Origin: Raja brachyura
Taxonomy: Eukaryota
DNA length: 64,000 nt
Direction of reading: 5' to 3'
Assembly (NCBI GenBank): GCA_963514005.1
Contig: OY740821.1
Span: 13,206,001 to 13,270,000, forward strand
How positions within the stretch are numbered: position 1 is the stretch's first letter; each line of letters begins with the position of its first letter. This document shows, piece by piece, positions 40,406 through 52,869 of this stretch. Below the pieces are notes generated by a model. It saw only the letters and a list, made by a program, of their open reading frames with translations. It searched no databases and was not told where the DNA came from. The position numbers were made by a program, and so were the translations under genes.

Positions 40406-40534
40406 AAAACACGTGAGACTGTAGGTGCTGGAATCGTAAGCAAACAACAACAGCTGGAGGAACTCAGCGGGTCAGGCAGCATCTGTGGAAGGGATGGGCA
40501 GACAACGTTTGGCTCGAGATCTTTCTTCAGACTG
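40406..40534 (-). mobile_element. Short Penelope terminal-repeat copy, diverged
   Basis: GCTGGAGGAACTCAGCGGGTCAGGCAGCATCTGTGG...AACGTTTGGCTCGAGATCTTTCTTCAGACTG. Confidence 0.68.
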
Positions 40535-41109
40535 GTGGATCAGAGGGAATCAATGTTTCCCCAAACTCTCTCATAAGAACCCGACGGTATTTGTAATGTA
40601 CCACATCCTGATAAGACTTCATGCAGGCCTTTGTTTTCAGCTGATTTATGAATGCTGAAAAACCTTCGTGCTGTAGTCACAGGTGTACCAATATATCATT
40701 GCTTAGAATGGCATGCTATTTCTAACTTGAAGGCATATCCTGCTCAGCAATGAAACAAAAACAGCTTGGCAGCGATTTAAAATAAATCACAAATAGGAAC
40801 CAGGATGAAAATCCCAAGGGTTCTCCTAAAACATGGAAGACGTACCATACTCAGAATCAATGCACCTGTGTTTAATATGCCCAGATGGTGATGGTGACTT
40901 CACGAGATGCAAGCCCTGTCCGGAACGATATTTTCATCGCTGGTGCACTACCATTTTGGTACAAAATTGATATACTGGCATTGGAAACAGCAAATAGAAA
41001 TGAAAAATCCAGCCATTCAAGCCCAGCTGGTCTCAGTCCCTCTTCCCTTTTAAGGTCCTGTCAAGATCTAAAAGTAAGATTTTTTTTTTTTTTTAAGTAC
41101 AGATTTTAA

Positions 41110-41960
41110 AAAGATAAGCAACGAGAATTAGAGAAGTGCAGAGATCTTGAAGGGTTGTATAGCGAGGGAGCAGGACAGTGGAGTAAAAGCAGTGAAAAAT
41201 TCTAAAGCAAGGTTTTGCTTAATTATGAGTTAACATTGGTCATCAAGCCCAACAGTGACAGATGAAGGGGCTTCTCAGAGTTAAGATGAAGGAACCAAAG
41301 CTTCTAAGAGACGAAGCTTCACATCCAAGGACTTCAGTCATGTCAAGACTCAGTTGAAGGATATTTCTGTTCATCCAGCACTGGACAAGCAATCTGACTG
41401 CATGGAGACAGTGTAGTCGTGGCAAGAGGTTCTAATGACGTGGAGTTGGGCGTCACCATGGTGCTCGTGGAAGCTGATATATTTTAGGCTGGCTGACATT
41501 GCCAAGGCACAGTGTGTAGATGAATAACAGATGGTGGTCAAGGTCTAATCATTGAAGGACACAAATATTAACGGTGCAGGAAAAGAAAGATAAGTCATTG
41601 CAAGTGATTCTCTGTTCGCAACTGAAGGGAGAGAAAATGAACCAGGTGCAGCCTACACAGCTGTATGATGGCCAACAGCCATTTTAGTGAGACGCTGTCA
41701 CAACCAACGGCAGCAAACTGGGCAAGAAAGGTAGAGAGATTACATTTGTTATTTCATCTTTGATAAGAGATGTTTTCGTACCTTGGAAAGATTCAAATGG
41801 AGTTTCAGGAAAGATAGACACAAATTTGAGCAGCCACAATACATCCTTGGTCTTGAGACAAAAGCAAGTTTGGAATTGGTTTGCAATGTCAAGGGGTCTA
41901 ATTCACGATTACGGATCAGACTTCAAGTGCCACGTGTCTCAGAGCAATATCTAATCTCCA
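41110..41960 (-). mobile_element. Decayed L2/CR1-like LINE fragment
   Basis: GTGGAGTTGGGCGTCACCATGGT (reverse complement resembles .ADD.QL), preceded on the minus strand by a GVLQ...L.P.SVIHLH-like stretch; heavily degenerate. Confidence 0.45.
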
Positions 41961-43223
41961 CCAAAGATGAATATTCAATGGAGATATTGGGAAATGCTGT
42001 TCATGAAAGTAAAAGTGAATAATTAATAATACAAGAACACGGTCCACAATATTTGCATACTCACCGCTTAATCAGTCATGGAATATTCACCATGTTGTTT
42101 GCCTGAATAATAGGCACGCAAGTGTATCACTGCGTATTTGAAAATGAATAGATTGTAATGTTTCAATTAAACTACATCAGTCAGAAAGTAACTGCTTGTT
42201 AACTGCACTTCCAGCAACTTGAGGCAATTCATAATTCCAATTTGTCACCACCATATCAGCGAATGATTTGTGGCACACCGCTGTTCCGCTTTGTACAATA
42301 AATTGGTCACCCAAGTCTCAAGAGATTGTTATAAGAGGAACTAAAATGCATAGGAGAAAATGTGGATTGGGATTTAAACCCAGGATCCTCTCAAGGATGA
42401 GAATGATGCCCTTGCTATGTTGTTCATCCTCTCCAGGCAAGGAAGAGAGAACCTCACCTCTGAATCTCACCTCTGTAGGTAGCAAATTATTCTGAGATGT
42501 TTGAAAATGCAGTTTTTATTTTTTGGGTTTTTTTTTGTTTCGACCCTACAATCAAACTATTTCTTTCTGGTGTGACAATTTCCTCCTCCGCTTGCCCAAG
42601 TCATTTCTTATTCCTCCTAAATTAACTTTGGATGCTTTGTCCCATCATTTATCACGGTTCAAGATCCATAGATCCCAACCTTATCAGTAGTCAACTTGCA
42701 ATTTTCAGCTGCATAACATCTTTCAGCTGACAGGAGGGGGCAAAAATTGATGGAGCACACCCAAGAGTGTGCTTCTCCAGCAAACTCTGAAGCGCTCTTT
42801 ACTGATAAGAGGTCCAATGCCACGATCAAATGACAACCACACACACGAAAATACAAGCTAATCTTTCACTAATGGAAAAGACCAAGAACCGTTTTAACGG
42901 AAATAACCAAGAACTGCAAATTTGCGACAACTACTTAAAATCCCAAAGATTATATAAACAATGATTCTACCTCCTGTTGGAACTAATCATTTAAAATAGT
43001 TTCTTTGTGCAGCATGTGCATTTCCTGCCAAGTCAAACTGCACAAAAGTGTCATCTATACATAGTTTTAGAAATAAACTCAAACCAGGTTCTTTATTCAT
43101 CCTCAGTAAATTAATTTTGCCTTCTAGAGATTTAATTGACCTAAAAACTATCCAAGAAGGGTTAGATGAGTGAAGTTAAATGAGTGAAACCAACAAATAA
43201 TTAAAAAGAGAACTTAGACATAC

Positions 43224-43328
43224 CACTCAGAGAACGGCTGGGTGAAGAGTGCTGACTGTTGGGTGTGCTCACTGTGGGACCCACCATTGTCCCAGAGAAT
43301 TCTTTGTCCATTGAAGAGTCACCGCTTC
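43224..43328 (-). CDS. IKZF4: IKZF4 coding exon 2 (G/SGDSSMDKEFSGTMVGPTVSTPNSQHSSPSRSLS)
   Basis: Not in the ORF track; read manually. Acceptor ttcccaatgcag|GA, donor AGTG|gtatgt, 105 nt, phase 1-1. Peptide matches the Eos N-terminal region. Confidence 0.92.
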
Positions 43329-43537
43329 CTGCATTGGGAAAAAATGTGGTTTAGCAATATTGTCATTTATTGCTCAAAACACATTTACACATGGAAAAAA
43401 ACTTAAAAAATAAAATTTAAAGCAACATGGATGCAAATAACAGTATGCACTGGGATTTGCTATTTCAAAAAAAACTTAAAAGGGTTCACATTAACTGTTG
43501 ATCTGATAATTCAACAACATACACAGTAGGCCCCCTT

Positions 43538-43942
43538 TGGTCATAACTGACCATGGGTAATGCATCCTAGTTTGCAGGTGACGTGTGGTCGGATGCAAGC
43601 CTGGGCGATGTCATATGGAGGACGTCCCCCCTCTCCACGTCGCTGATCGATCCAAAGGAACAGCAGGGTTGTTACAGTTTGGCACCAGCGCCGTCGCAGA
43701 AGCTGCCAGAGCGAGGTTGCAGACAATGACGAACTGCCTTAGGGGCTCCAACTCCGTATTTTCTTGAGGTTTACTCCAGGAGCCTTTTCCATGACTGGGG
43801 ATGGCCACAATGCCGTGGAGGTTTTAAATCAGAGTTTTCCCTCTCCTAGATGGACCGCCTTCCCAGGCTGACGAGCCCCATCTGCTCATGGGGGCGGGAG
43901 CGTCTACCTTCCCGTGCAGGTCTGTAGCACCTGCCCACTGTC
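43538..43942 (-). mobile_element. Young GC-rich element resembling an RTE-clade 5' UTR
   Basis: Minus strand contains CATCTAGGAGAGGGAAAACTCTGATTTAAAACC, similar to a motif I recall from RTE-type 5' UTRs; CpG-rich, no ORF. Confidence 0.4.
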
Positions 43943-44026
43943 AATATATGTCAATACCATCACTGCAAGAGTAACAATAATTCTAGATAAGTCATTCACT
44001 TATAGACTACCAGCACAGATAAGTTC

Positions 44027-44215
44027 ATAAGTGATAGGAGCAGAATTAGGCCATTCTGTCCTTCAAGTCTACTCCGCCATTCAACAATCGTTGATCCGTC
44101 TTTCCCCCTTAACCCCATTCTCCTGCCTTCTCCCCATAACCCCTGACACCCGTACTGATCAAGAAAATTGCCTTAAAAAATATACATCGACTTGGGCTCC
44201 ACAGTCTTCCGTGGC
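44027..44215 (-). mobile_element. Second CR1-like LINE 3' end
   Basis: Shares ATAAGTGATAGGAG.AGAATTAGGCCATT and CTGCCTTCTCCCCATAACC with 17835-17962. Confidence 0.65.
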
Positions 44216-44731
44216 TGATGTCGAATGTATGGCCAAGACTCAAGATACAGAATACTGATCAAGGTTCAACATATTTCAGGATCTCAGTACTTGATATCTT
44301 CTAAACTCATTGACCAAATTTGGTGAGGCACACAAGGTGGACGACGTTTCACTTATCAATAGTGAGAACGTTTTTTTTATATTTATATTCTGGGGCAGTA
44401 TCACAGATTTACTGAGCGGAGGCAGAAATCTTGCACGTCAGTCAGTCAGCATAGTTCCACACAGAATTATTGATCTCTATATAGTGTTATTAATCATGCT
44501 TTTCTCAATGTTCATTTGGATTTGATTCCCTTTATTTGCCAATTACACCTGTACAGTCAGAAAACCTAATTAACCATCTTACACTTTTGTAAACAAACTT
44601 ATTTGTTGCGTCTCCGAAATCCATACAAGGAGAAAAGGGATCATAAATTAATTATATGTACCCTACACTACAAAACCTTTATATTTTCTTAGTTTCAATG
44701 GACAATCATTACAAAGGAGTGAGATGACCAA

Positions 44732-44922
44732 AGGTAGACACAAAATGCTGGAGTAACTCAGCGGAACAGGCAGCATCTCTGGAGAGAAGGAATGGGTCGA
44801 AACACTTGGTTTGAACGTCATCCATTCCTTCTTTCCAGATATGCTACCTGTCCCGCTGATTTAATCCAACATTTTGTGTCTATCTTCGGTTTAAACCAGC
44901 ATCTGCAGTTCCTTCCCACACA
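44732..44922. mobile_element. Inverted pair of Penelope terminal-repeat copies
   Basis: Complementary arms around 44800-44815; 14-bp TSD AGTGAGATGACCAA (44718-44731, 44923-44936). Confidence 0.8.
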
Positions 44923-45634
44923 AGTGAGATGACCAAGCTTTATTCCAAGTTTTTCTTGTCTGCATTATGACATAAGAGCTAATTTTAAAAACGAAATTAA
45001 CAGCTTAGTTAATTCTCACATACAACTTTTTCTCATGCATTATTTAAATTAACTCAGCTGAAGAGACACTAGCAGCTGATACAACCACAGTCTTGTTCAA
45101 CGACTATCATCTTCATAAAGGCGCATTGTAGCCAATTGCAAAAGTCCAAATTAATTTTAAAACCAAGATAAAAGCACAGAGAATCTGGAATGAGCAAGGC
45201 TTAAAAACAATGACAGAAAAGGTCCTTCAACCCTTGAGCAGCAAATTTCAGTTTGCACAACTGTTACCCAAAAATATTGGGTAAAATGACAACAAATTCA
45301 ACTTCTGCCAAAACAAAATTCCCTTGAATAAAGTTGTCTGCATTCATAAATTGAAATCTTCCAAATTTTGGTTTGTTGGACAAGTGTGACATTCTCTGTT
45401 AAATGGCGTGTTATGAAATGTCCTACATCACTTCAGGGTACAGTCAAAAGGAAGACATCAGGAGTTATACAATTAGGCAAGATTTTTTAAATAAAATAGA
45501 CTCAAACCCAACAGCATAGAAGCAGTTAAGAGTAGAGTGGTAGAGATGGGTATCATCAAATGCAAACATGGAAGGTATGCTCATTTGAATGAGCGCAGCT
45601 TCCATGTTTCGGGCATATAAAGTCCATCGGGCAT

Positions 45635-45915
45635 ATAGAGTCAGAGTCATTCAGCACAGAAACAGGCCATTCAGCCCAATTTGCCCATGCCGACCAAGAT
45701 GCCCCATCTATACTTGTCCCACCTATCCACATCTGGTCCATATCCCTCTAAACCTTTCCTATTTGTGTACCTGTCCAGATGTATTTTAAATGCTGTTATA
45801 GTACTTGCCTCAACGGCCTCCTCTGGCTGCTTGTTCCATATACCCACCACTCAATGTGCAAAAATGTTGCCCCTCAGGTTCCTATTAAATCTTTCCCCTC
45901 TCACCTTCAACCTAT
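45635..45915 (-). mobile_element. CR1-clade LINE 3' fragment
   Basis: Same family as 11706-11940 and 48237-48445; short ATAGAGTC tail repeats. Confidence 0.72.
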
Positions 45916-48236
45916 GTCGTCTGCGTGCGACAAAGGCAGCAACCAATTGCAGATCCTTGGCAATTAAGAATATGAATGGAAATGGGACACAAATAAATCT
46001 TGACACAGTTGGATGCAGTAGAATGAAACCACAGACAGTCCCACTGAGCCAGAAACAGATGAGGCATCATAGGAAGATGATGTAGCCACCACATTGAAGA
46101 CAGTGGAAATGTTAAGAAAGGATAATATGGTATGCTCACAAATACAGATGAAGTTTGTGATTTTGATTAAGACTACCTTGGTCAGTTCTGTTAGAGTAGC
46201 TGTGCTTTAGGAATGGTGGATATGCAATTGGGAAGTAAAGCAAACCAAACACATTTGAAGACTATGAAGGAAATGGAGACTGAAAAGAAAAACATGCAAA
46301 TAGCCACGGGTAGCGAGATAAGGGAGAGATTACACAATTTCTATCAGGTTCGGGCATTATGTGTAACTGAATTAAGATGGTGCTAGATGTACCATTCAAA
46401 TAAAATTCAAGATGTACCTGAAATATGGTGATTTTGTTTCTGTAGGTGCTCGTAGAAACATTTGCAGAATATCACAGAATTGGTTTCTCAAATATATGAA
46501 GTAGAGATCCAGTAAATGCAACACTGTTCAGAATTTGCTGCTCAAGTTTCAGGGTTGGGCACTTTAAAGCTACGAATCAGTTGGTATTATTTGATGCTGT
46601 AGGTTATTTCCTCGCGATCAGTGCAGGGACGGAGACACTAAAGAGGCTGGCTCAGTTTCATTTCTTGGAAGATGCATTTCCAGGAAGATAGGTTACCAAA
46701 AGTATGAAAATACCTGGCAGTGGTGTGGCCCGATTTATTTTCTCCTTGAGGCTCGAGTTACATTATAAAATGGAAGAGCAATTTTCCCTTTGAGCATCAA
46801 ATCTTCTGTATTTGACTGTCGAATTCATCCCTCCCTATTTAATAAAAACAGTTGAGGACTGCTTGCTGACAAATAATACTGTACACATTTTTTTTTAGGG
46901 AATCCTATGTGCTTTTGTCACTAATTATACAATGCACTGTGTATAGCCTGCAGTTCACTTGAAATATGCTGCAGCAAAACATTTCTACAGGTCACCCTGT
47001 GATTTTTAACAATAGTCTTCTATTTGTATTTAGAAACTCCATTCTAGGACTTTGACATCCGGTGGGTGTGTTTGTGCTGTCCAATAGATTTCCATAGCTT
47101 GGCATCACACTTGGACATCTTGGGAATAGATGTAGAAAAAGAGATTTTACAGCATTAATGTAAGGAGGCAGCTCCTGGATGTTGAACTCGGAATCCAAAT
47201 TAAAGCAGCTGTTCTGTAATTTTTCTTTTATTAACATGATAAGTTAGACATTTTTTTTTATTAACTCCTCTAAATTTGCACTCCTCCTTTTGTTTCTGAA
47301 AATGGTAAATCATTTAAGTATATATTTAGTGGAGATTGGCATTTCCATTGTGACCTATAATTTAAACCCCTTGCTTTGGAAATGGCCAAACAGAGTATAA
47401 AAAGAATATACGACTTGGGGGTTGCAACTAATATATTTAACTGAATGTCTACGAGTCAAGAATGGCATCCGGTAATATTTCTTCTAGGTATCAAAAGGTA
47501 TGAGATCCATTGTATCAGTCTCAGCGTCGTACAGCAGGGACACAGGCCCTTCAGGCCAACTCATCCATGCTGGTCACAATGCCCCAGTACTGCAATAATA
47601 TTCTCCTTGATCAATACTGCAATGTCCCCTCCTCTTGCATTCGGCACTTCCCCTGCCATGAGTGCAAATTCTATATTGTGCAACACTGCATACACCTGCT
47701 TTTCATTCAGCCGCGGCTCATTGATGTTCATGTATTAAAGGTTTCATTAGTATTTTTAAAAATCTTTGCAAACTCATTTGGAAATGAACATACTGAATTC
47801 ATGAATTAAGCATTTGTTTATTATTCCTGAGAGTACCAGCAACAGGAACGGTGAAGAGACTTTTTAACCTAGTTTATATGCACAAAATTCCAAATGGTCA
47901 TTCAATGTTTGTGGACAAGTCACAAATTTAACACCATAACAACACTTTTTAAATTTAAAAAAATGAGGTTTGATTAATCCAGTTCTAGTAAATGGCGAGG
48001 TGCAAGTGTAATAAATACTGGCAGGCTAGAGTACCATATGTACTCTGGTCTTAAAATTTGGCAGCTTTCACTCCACTTGGCTTCTGACATCTTGCAGCTG
48101 TCTGGTTTCCCTTGCAGTTGAAGGGAATCACTTAAGCTACTGTTACTTTAAAGATTTAAATGTTTATAAATTGAAAATGTGAACATTTCAATGGATGCCT
48201 ACGCCAACTGTGCTCAGACAGAATTATGCCCCTTTG

Positions 48237-48445
48237 TTTAGAGTCATACAGCATGGAAACAGCCCAACTTGTCCATGCCAACCAAGATGCCCATCTACCC
48301 TAGCCCCACCTGCCCACATTTGGCCCATATCCCTCTATACCTTTCCTATCCATGTACCTGTCCAAATGGCTTTTAAATATTGTTATGGTACCTGCATCAA
48401 CTACTTTATCTGACAGCTCATTCCAATATTTGCCACAAAAAGTGT
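48237..48445 (-). mobile_element. CR1-clade LINE 3' fragment
   Basis: Minus-strand frame ...WNELSDKVVDAGTITIFKSHLDRYMDRKGIEGYG is a typical CR1 ORF2 C-terminus. Confidence 0.75.
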
Positions 48446-50010
48446 TCCTCCTGCGGTGCAGAACTGATATTGCACTTCTGAACTGCGTTAGAGATATGCC
48501 ATGTGAGCAATGATAACTCAAGGCTTTTCTTTCTCTTTAATATCAGTGAGGCATCAAGCATTGAGCTATTGTTAAACACCGCCTTGCATCTAAAGAAAGA
48601 ACGCCTTTAGTTATGGACAGCAAAGAGACCCTCCGTCAGCCCCTTCGTGCTTAAACCACGTGGATTGCAAGGGGAAGGAGAACTTGCTTTGGCCAACTTT
48701 CGCCAAACGTTTTCCATATTTTCTCATTTGGCCAAAACCTTTATTCTGCAAATAAACACAATTTCTTCAGGATCCATCTTTGGAAATTTCACAGGCTTAG
48801 AAATAATGTTAATCGTCACAATTTTGCATCAGGAAGATTCCACTGCACGTTGATCATGCAATGTCATACATTCATCCTTCTCCACTCCAAAAGTAGATAG
48901 CCAATTTTTTAGTCAACCTGAGAACTAGGTGAGAATGGACAAGGTAATTCTCTATTACTCCTTCCTGGTGAGTACAATTTTTAAACTTGCAGGTTTATGG
49001 TGCAGTAGTTATTTTTTTTAATTATCACAAATTAAGCACCTGGGTATTATATTATTTTGCTTCTTTTTAAAAAAGAAAATGTGATGGTGAAAACCGAGTT
49101 GCTGCTGCCACCTTAAAATGAATATTGAGCTCTTCAAATTGTCCTCAAAATTAATTCAAAAGAAATTATGGATCGTGGCGTTTCATTTATGGGCACATGT
49201 ATTCATGAGCAAGACTTGCTTCTTGTTAAGGGCATGTAGGATCGCATGCATCGATGGAAGAGGAGCAGGAAGTTTTCTTGTGTCCTTGCCAACATTCCCG
49301 AGGATGCTATAATGCACTACGTGTTCATTTTCCTTTATCAAAAACAATTTATTGTAAAATCACAAAAGAATACATCTTTAAGGAGGACTTGCTGATAATT
49401 TAAAAGTATTCATGGTGCTCAATAGTATCACAAGGTGCGTAACACATGCACTGCTAAAATATTGAGGCTTCGGGCCTTCAGAACTCACTGGTTAACGAGC
49501 TACTAATTTAGTTCATTGCTGTTTGATCGTAATGCTTGCGGTGCATGCATGTGCTTTTTTGGCAAAATATTCAGGCAGGATTCAGTGTGATACTCGACAA
49601 AGATGAAAAAGATTGTAGTCTTTCGTAACTTGGATTTGCTGCAAACAATGTCACTTTATTCATACTTTGAAAAAAAAAACAGAAGATAAGTTTACAAAAG
49701 ACAAATATCACAATTCAAGCATAAAAGCAAGCTTTTGACACTTTATTACTTTAAAAAGCCTAAACAATACTTACTCCAAGGCAGGGAACCACGTCAGGAT
49801 TAGGCTGGGATGATTTGGCATTGACAAAACTAAAACTAAATTGCTACCTAATCACTTGTACAATAACTATTCACCCATAATTTTAATTTGCAAAGAAACA
49901 CGCATTCTGCTACTGAAAATGATAAATACCAGAGAGAAGCACAATATCTCAGCGGCTTTAACATATTGCAGTAAGTTTAGAAAACCAGTAATAGATGTGA
50001 GAGGGGGGTT

Positions 50011-50097
50011 ACACAAAAAGCTGGAGAAACTAGGCCGGTGCAGCAGCATCTAAGGAGCGAAGGAGATAGGCGACGTTTCGGGTCGAGACCCCCTCAG
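50011..50097 (-). mobile_element. Short Penelope terminal-repeat copy
   Basis: ACACAAAAAGCTGGAGAAACT...GGCGACGTTTCGGGTCGAGACCCC. Confidence 0.68.
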
Positions 50098-51334
50098 AAA
50101 GGCTGTGCAAAGTATTCAATTTTTATTTTTAACGTAAAGTATAGAAATATTAGAGATTATGTTTTTAGTTCATACTTCAAGTTAAAGTGGAAAGCAACGA
50201 AATAAAAAAGGTTAAGGAATGGACTTAGGTTTGTCAATGCATACAGTCTGCCAGAGGTACAATTTCGATGGCTCCAGTAATGGGGAAGGCTCACTTCCAG
50301 GAATGCACTGTGCATATTATCTCAAGACTACAACAATAGAAACGCTCCAGGAAAATATGAAGCAGTATGGTGGCTTCAGCCCTGAGAAATTCAAGCAGTA
50401 ATTCTGCCCACACATTCACCTCCAGTAGTGTGGACAGCAGCGAGTGTTCCACGATTTCTTCCAAGTCACGAGAAATATTCTAAAGCGCACACACAATGCT
50501 GGTTTGCTAGTTGTTATTCATGGTGGCCAATCTTACCCTCGTGCTCGTTGGAGCACTTGTGCAAGAAAAAAAGTGAAAATTAACATACTTCAGTTTTTGT
50601 GCATCTTTTCACTGAGCCAGGAACAGCATTGAAGAGACTTGGGAATATAGCTACCTCCAGACACTTCTTCGTCAAAAATGTAATATCATTCCTAAAGCCA
50701 TTCCTGAAAAGAATATAGCTCCAGAGACACAAAGACAATGGTAGCACCATATCAAAATGGCAATATTAATGTCCACAAGATATCAGCAGACTATTCGGCC
50801 GAGGTCATCACCCAAATCATATCTCGTCACTCATAAGTGCCATCTTACAATATGGATCATTGTATGATAAATTATGAACTAAAGCCTTGCACAACTTACC
50901 CACTCACTAGCTCTGTAGCAGAGGGGTCAGTTTTGATGCACCAGGTAGGACTAAATAAGTGCTGAAGAGCAGATAACCCAGCCAACTTTCCATTCCCAGT
51001 ACTTCTACTGTCAACCAAACAATCTCCAAAATCCCTGGTCGAGTCCATCTAAACAGACCAACTAATTAAACCTGCGTAAAAAACAAATGTAACCAACCTC
51101 CTCAAAACCGACGCATATAACGTAGTGCTTTTAGGAGGTTAGGCAAACGATACGTTGGAACTATAGCACACATATAACCAAGACTGCGCAGATAAGGAGG
51201 AAATGTTCGCAAGGAGCGATCCCCACCAAGTGGTTAACACATAGCATGCTAGTTTTGAACAGAAGGTTAGTGGAATGATGTCACTCGCTTCTACAACCTT
51301 GGGTACACCTGTGCCTATGGTCACCATCATAGAT

Positions 51335-52620
51335 GTCATGGTCGGCTTTTGAGAGTGAACTCTCAGAAAGCAATTGGCCTAGATGTAATCCTTGGACGCG
51401 TGCTCAGAACCAGCATGGACAAGCTGGGAGAAGTATTCGCGGACATCTTTAACCTCTCCCTACACCAATCCGAGGTTCCCACTTGCTTTCAGAAGACCAC
51501 TGTAATCCCGTGCCAAAGAAAAGTAAGGTAGCGTGCCTTAATGACTGTCGCCCAGTGACTCTGACATCCACTATCACAAAGTGCTTCAAGAGATTGGTCA
51601 TGGTGCACATCAACCACAGCCTCCCAGGCAGCCTTGATCTACTGCAATTCACCTATCGCTGCAACAGGTCCACGGCAGACACTATCTCCTTGGCAGACAC
51701 AAAATGCTGCATTAACTCAGCGGGACAGGCAACATCTCTGAAGAGAAGGAATGGGTGACGTTTCGGGCCGAGACCCTTCATCAGACTATCTCCATGGCCC
51801 CACACTCAGCTCTGGAACATCTGGATACCCAGGACAGACTCCCATTCATTGACTGCAGCTCTGCCGTCAATACTATAATTCCAACCAAACTAGTCTACAA
51901 AAACATGGCCCTTGGAGTTGGCACACCCCTCCAAAGCTGGATTCTCACCATCCTGACACACACCACAATCATCAAGGATAGGCGACAAAACATCCCAAAT
52001 AATAATTCTCAACGCCCGTGGCCCACAAAGATGCGTTCTCAGCCCCCTGCACCCCCTATATGGCTGCGTAGCCAAATTCAGCTTTAACTCCATTCACAAG
52101 TTTGAAATGACACCAGCGTAGTGGCCGGATCTCAAACAATGATGAGATGGAGCACAGGAAGGAGATTGCGTGCTTAGTAGCATGGTGTCAAGACAACAAC
52201 CTACCCCCTCAATGCTCGCAAGACAAAGGTGCTGGCCGGTTTCAGGAAGGGGGGGTGAAGTACACGCCCAAGTCTGTATCAATGGTGCTGATGTGGAGAT
52301 GGTCAAGAGCTTCAGGTTCCTTCCTGTAAATATCACCAACAACTTGTTCTTGTCCAACCATTTTATTGTTGTGGCCAAGTAGACCAACACCTCTACTTCC
52401 TCACAAGACTAAGGAAATTCAGCATGTCTCCACTAACTCTCATCAATTTCTACAGATGTACCATAGAAAACATCCTATTCTGAATGCCACTTGCACTGTT
52501 TTTAATCTGCACTTTCTTTGAAGCTGCACTTTATTTTATGATGTATGGTATGATTTGCCTGGATAGCATGCTAAACAAAGATTCTCACTGTACCGCACTA
52601 CATGCAACAATGAACCAATA
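51335..52620 (+). mobile_element. Rex1/Babar-clade LINE fragment (pseudogenised reverse transcriptase and 3' UTR)
   Basis: Frameshifted peptides [107 protein letters not shown] match Rex1-type RT. Confidence 0.85.
51695..51784 (-). mobile_element. Short Penelope terminal-repeat copy nested in a Rex1-like LINE; canonical CTGATGA hammerhead core 51757-51784
   Basis: Reverse complement CTGATGA A GGGT CTCG GCCC GAAA CGTC; TSD ACTATCTCC(T/A)TGGC (51681-51694, 51785-51798). Confidence 0.82.
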
Positions 52621-52829
52621 CCAACTGTTCACCAGTTGCAACATATCACACCTTGAATAGCATAAAATTCAGTAAATCAGAAATACATGGAATCATAACA
52701 TTAAAGTTTGCAAAAAACATTCCAAAAATATCTTGAGTGGAAAGTTAGAGGAAATTAATTGCTCCATGATATAGCAAGTTTGAGTCAAAATATTCTGACA
52801 CTTGGAAAATGAGCACAATTTTCCCTTAC

Positions 52830-52869
52830 CAGAGATGTAACCACGACCATTGCAATCTTCTATGTCCAT
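52830..52869 (-). CDS. IKZF4: IKZF4 first coding exon (MDIEDCNGRGYIS/G)
   Basis: ATG at 52869-52867 in context ACAATGG; donor G|gtaagg after 52830. Upstream pyrimidine tract and TAG acceptor (52887-52885) give a 15-nt leader. The 40-nt coding portion is typical of Ikaros-family start exons. Confidence 0.85.
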
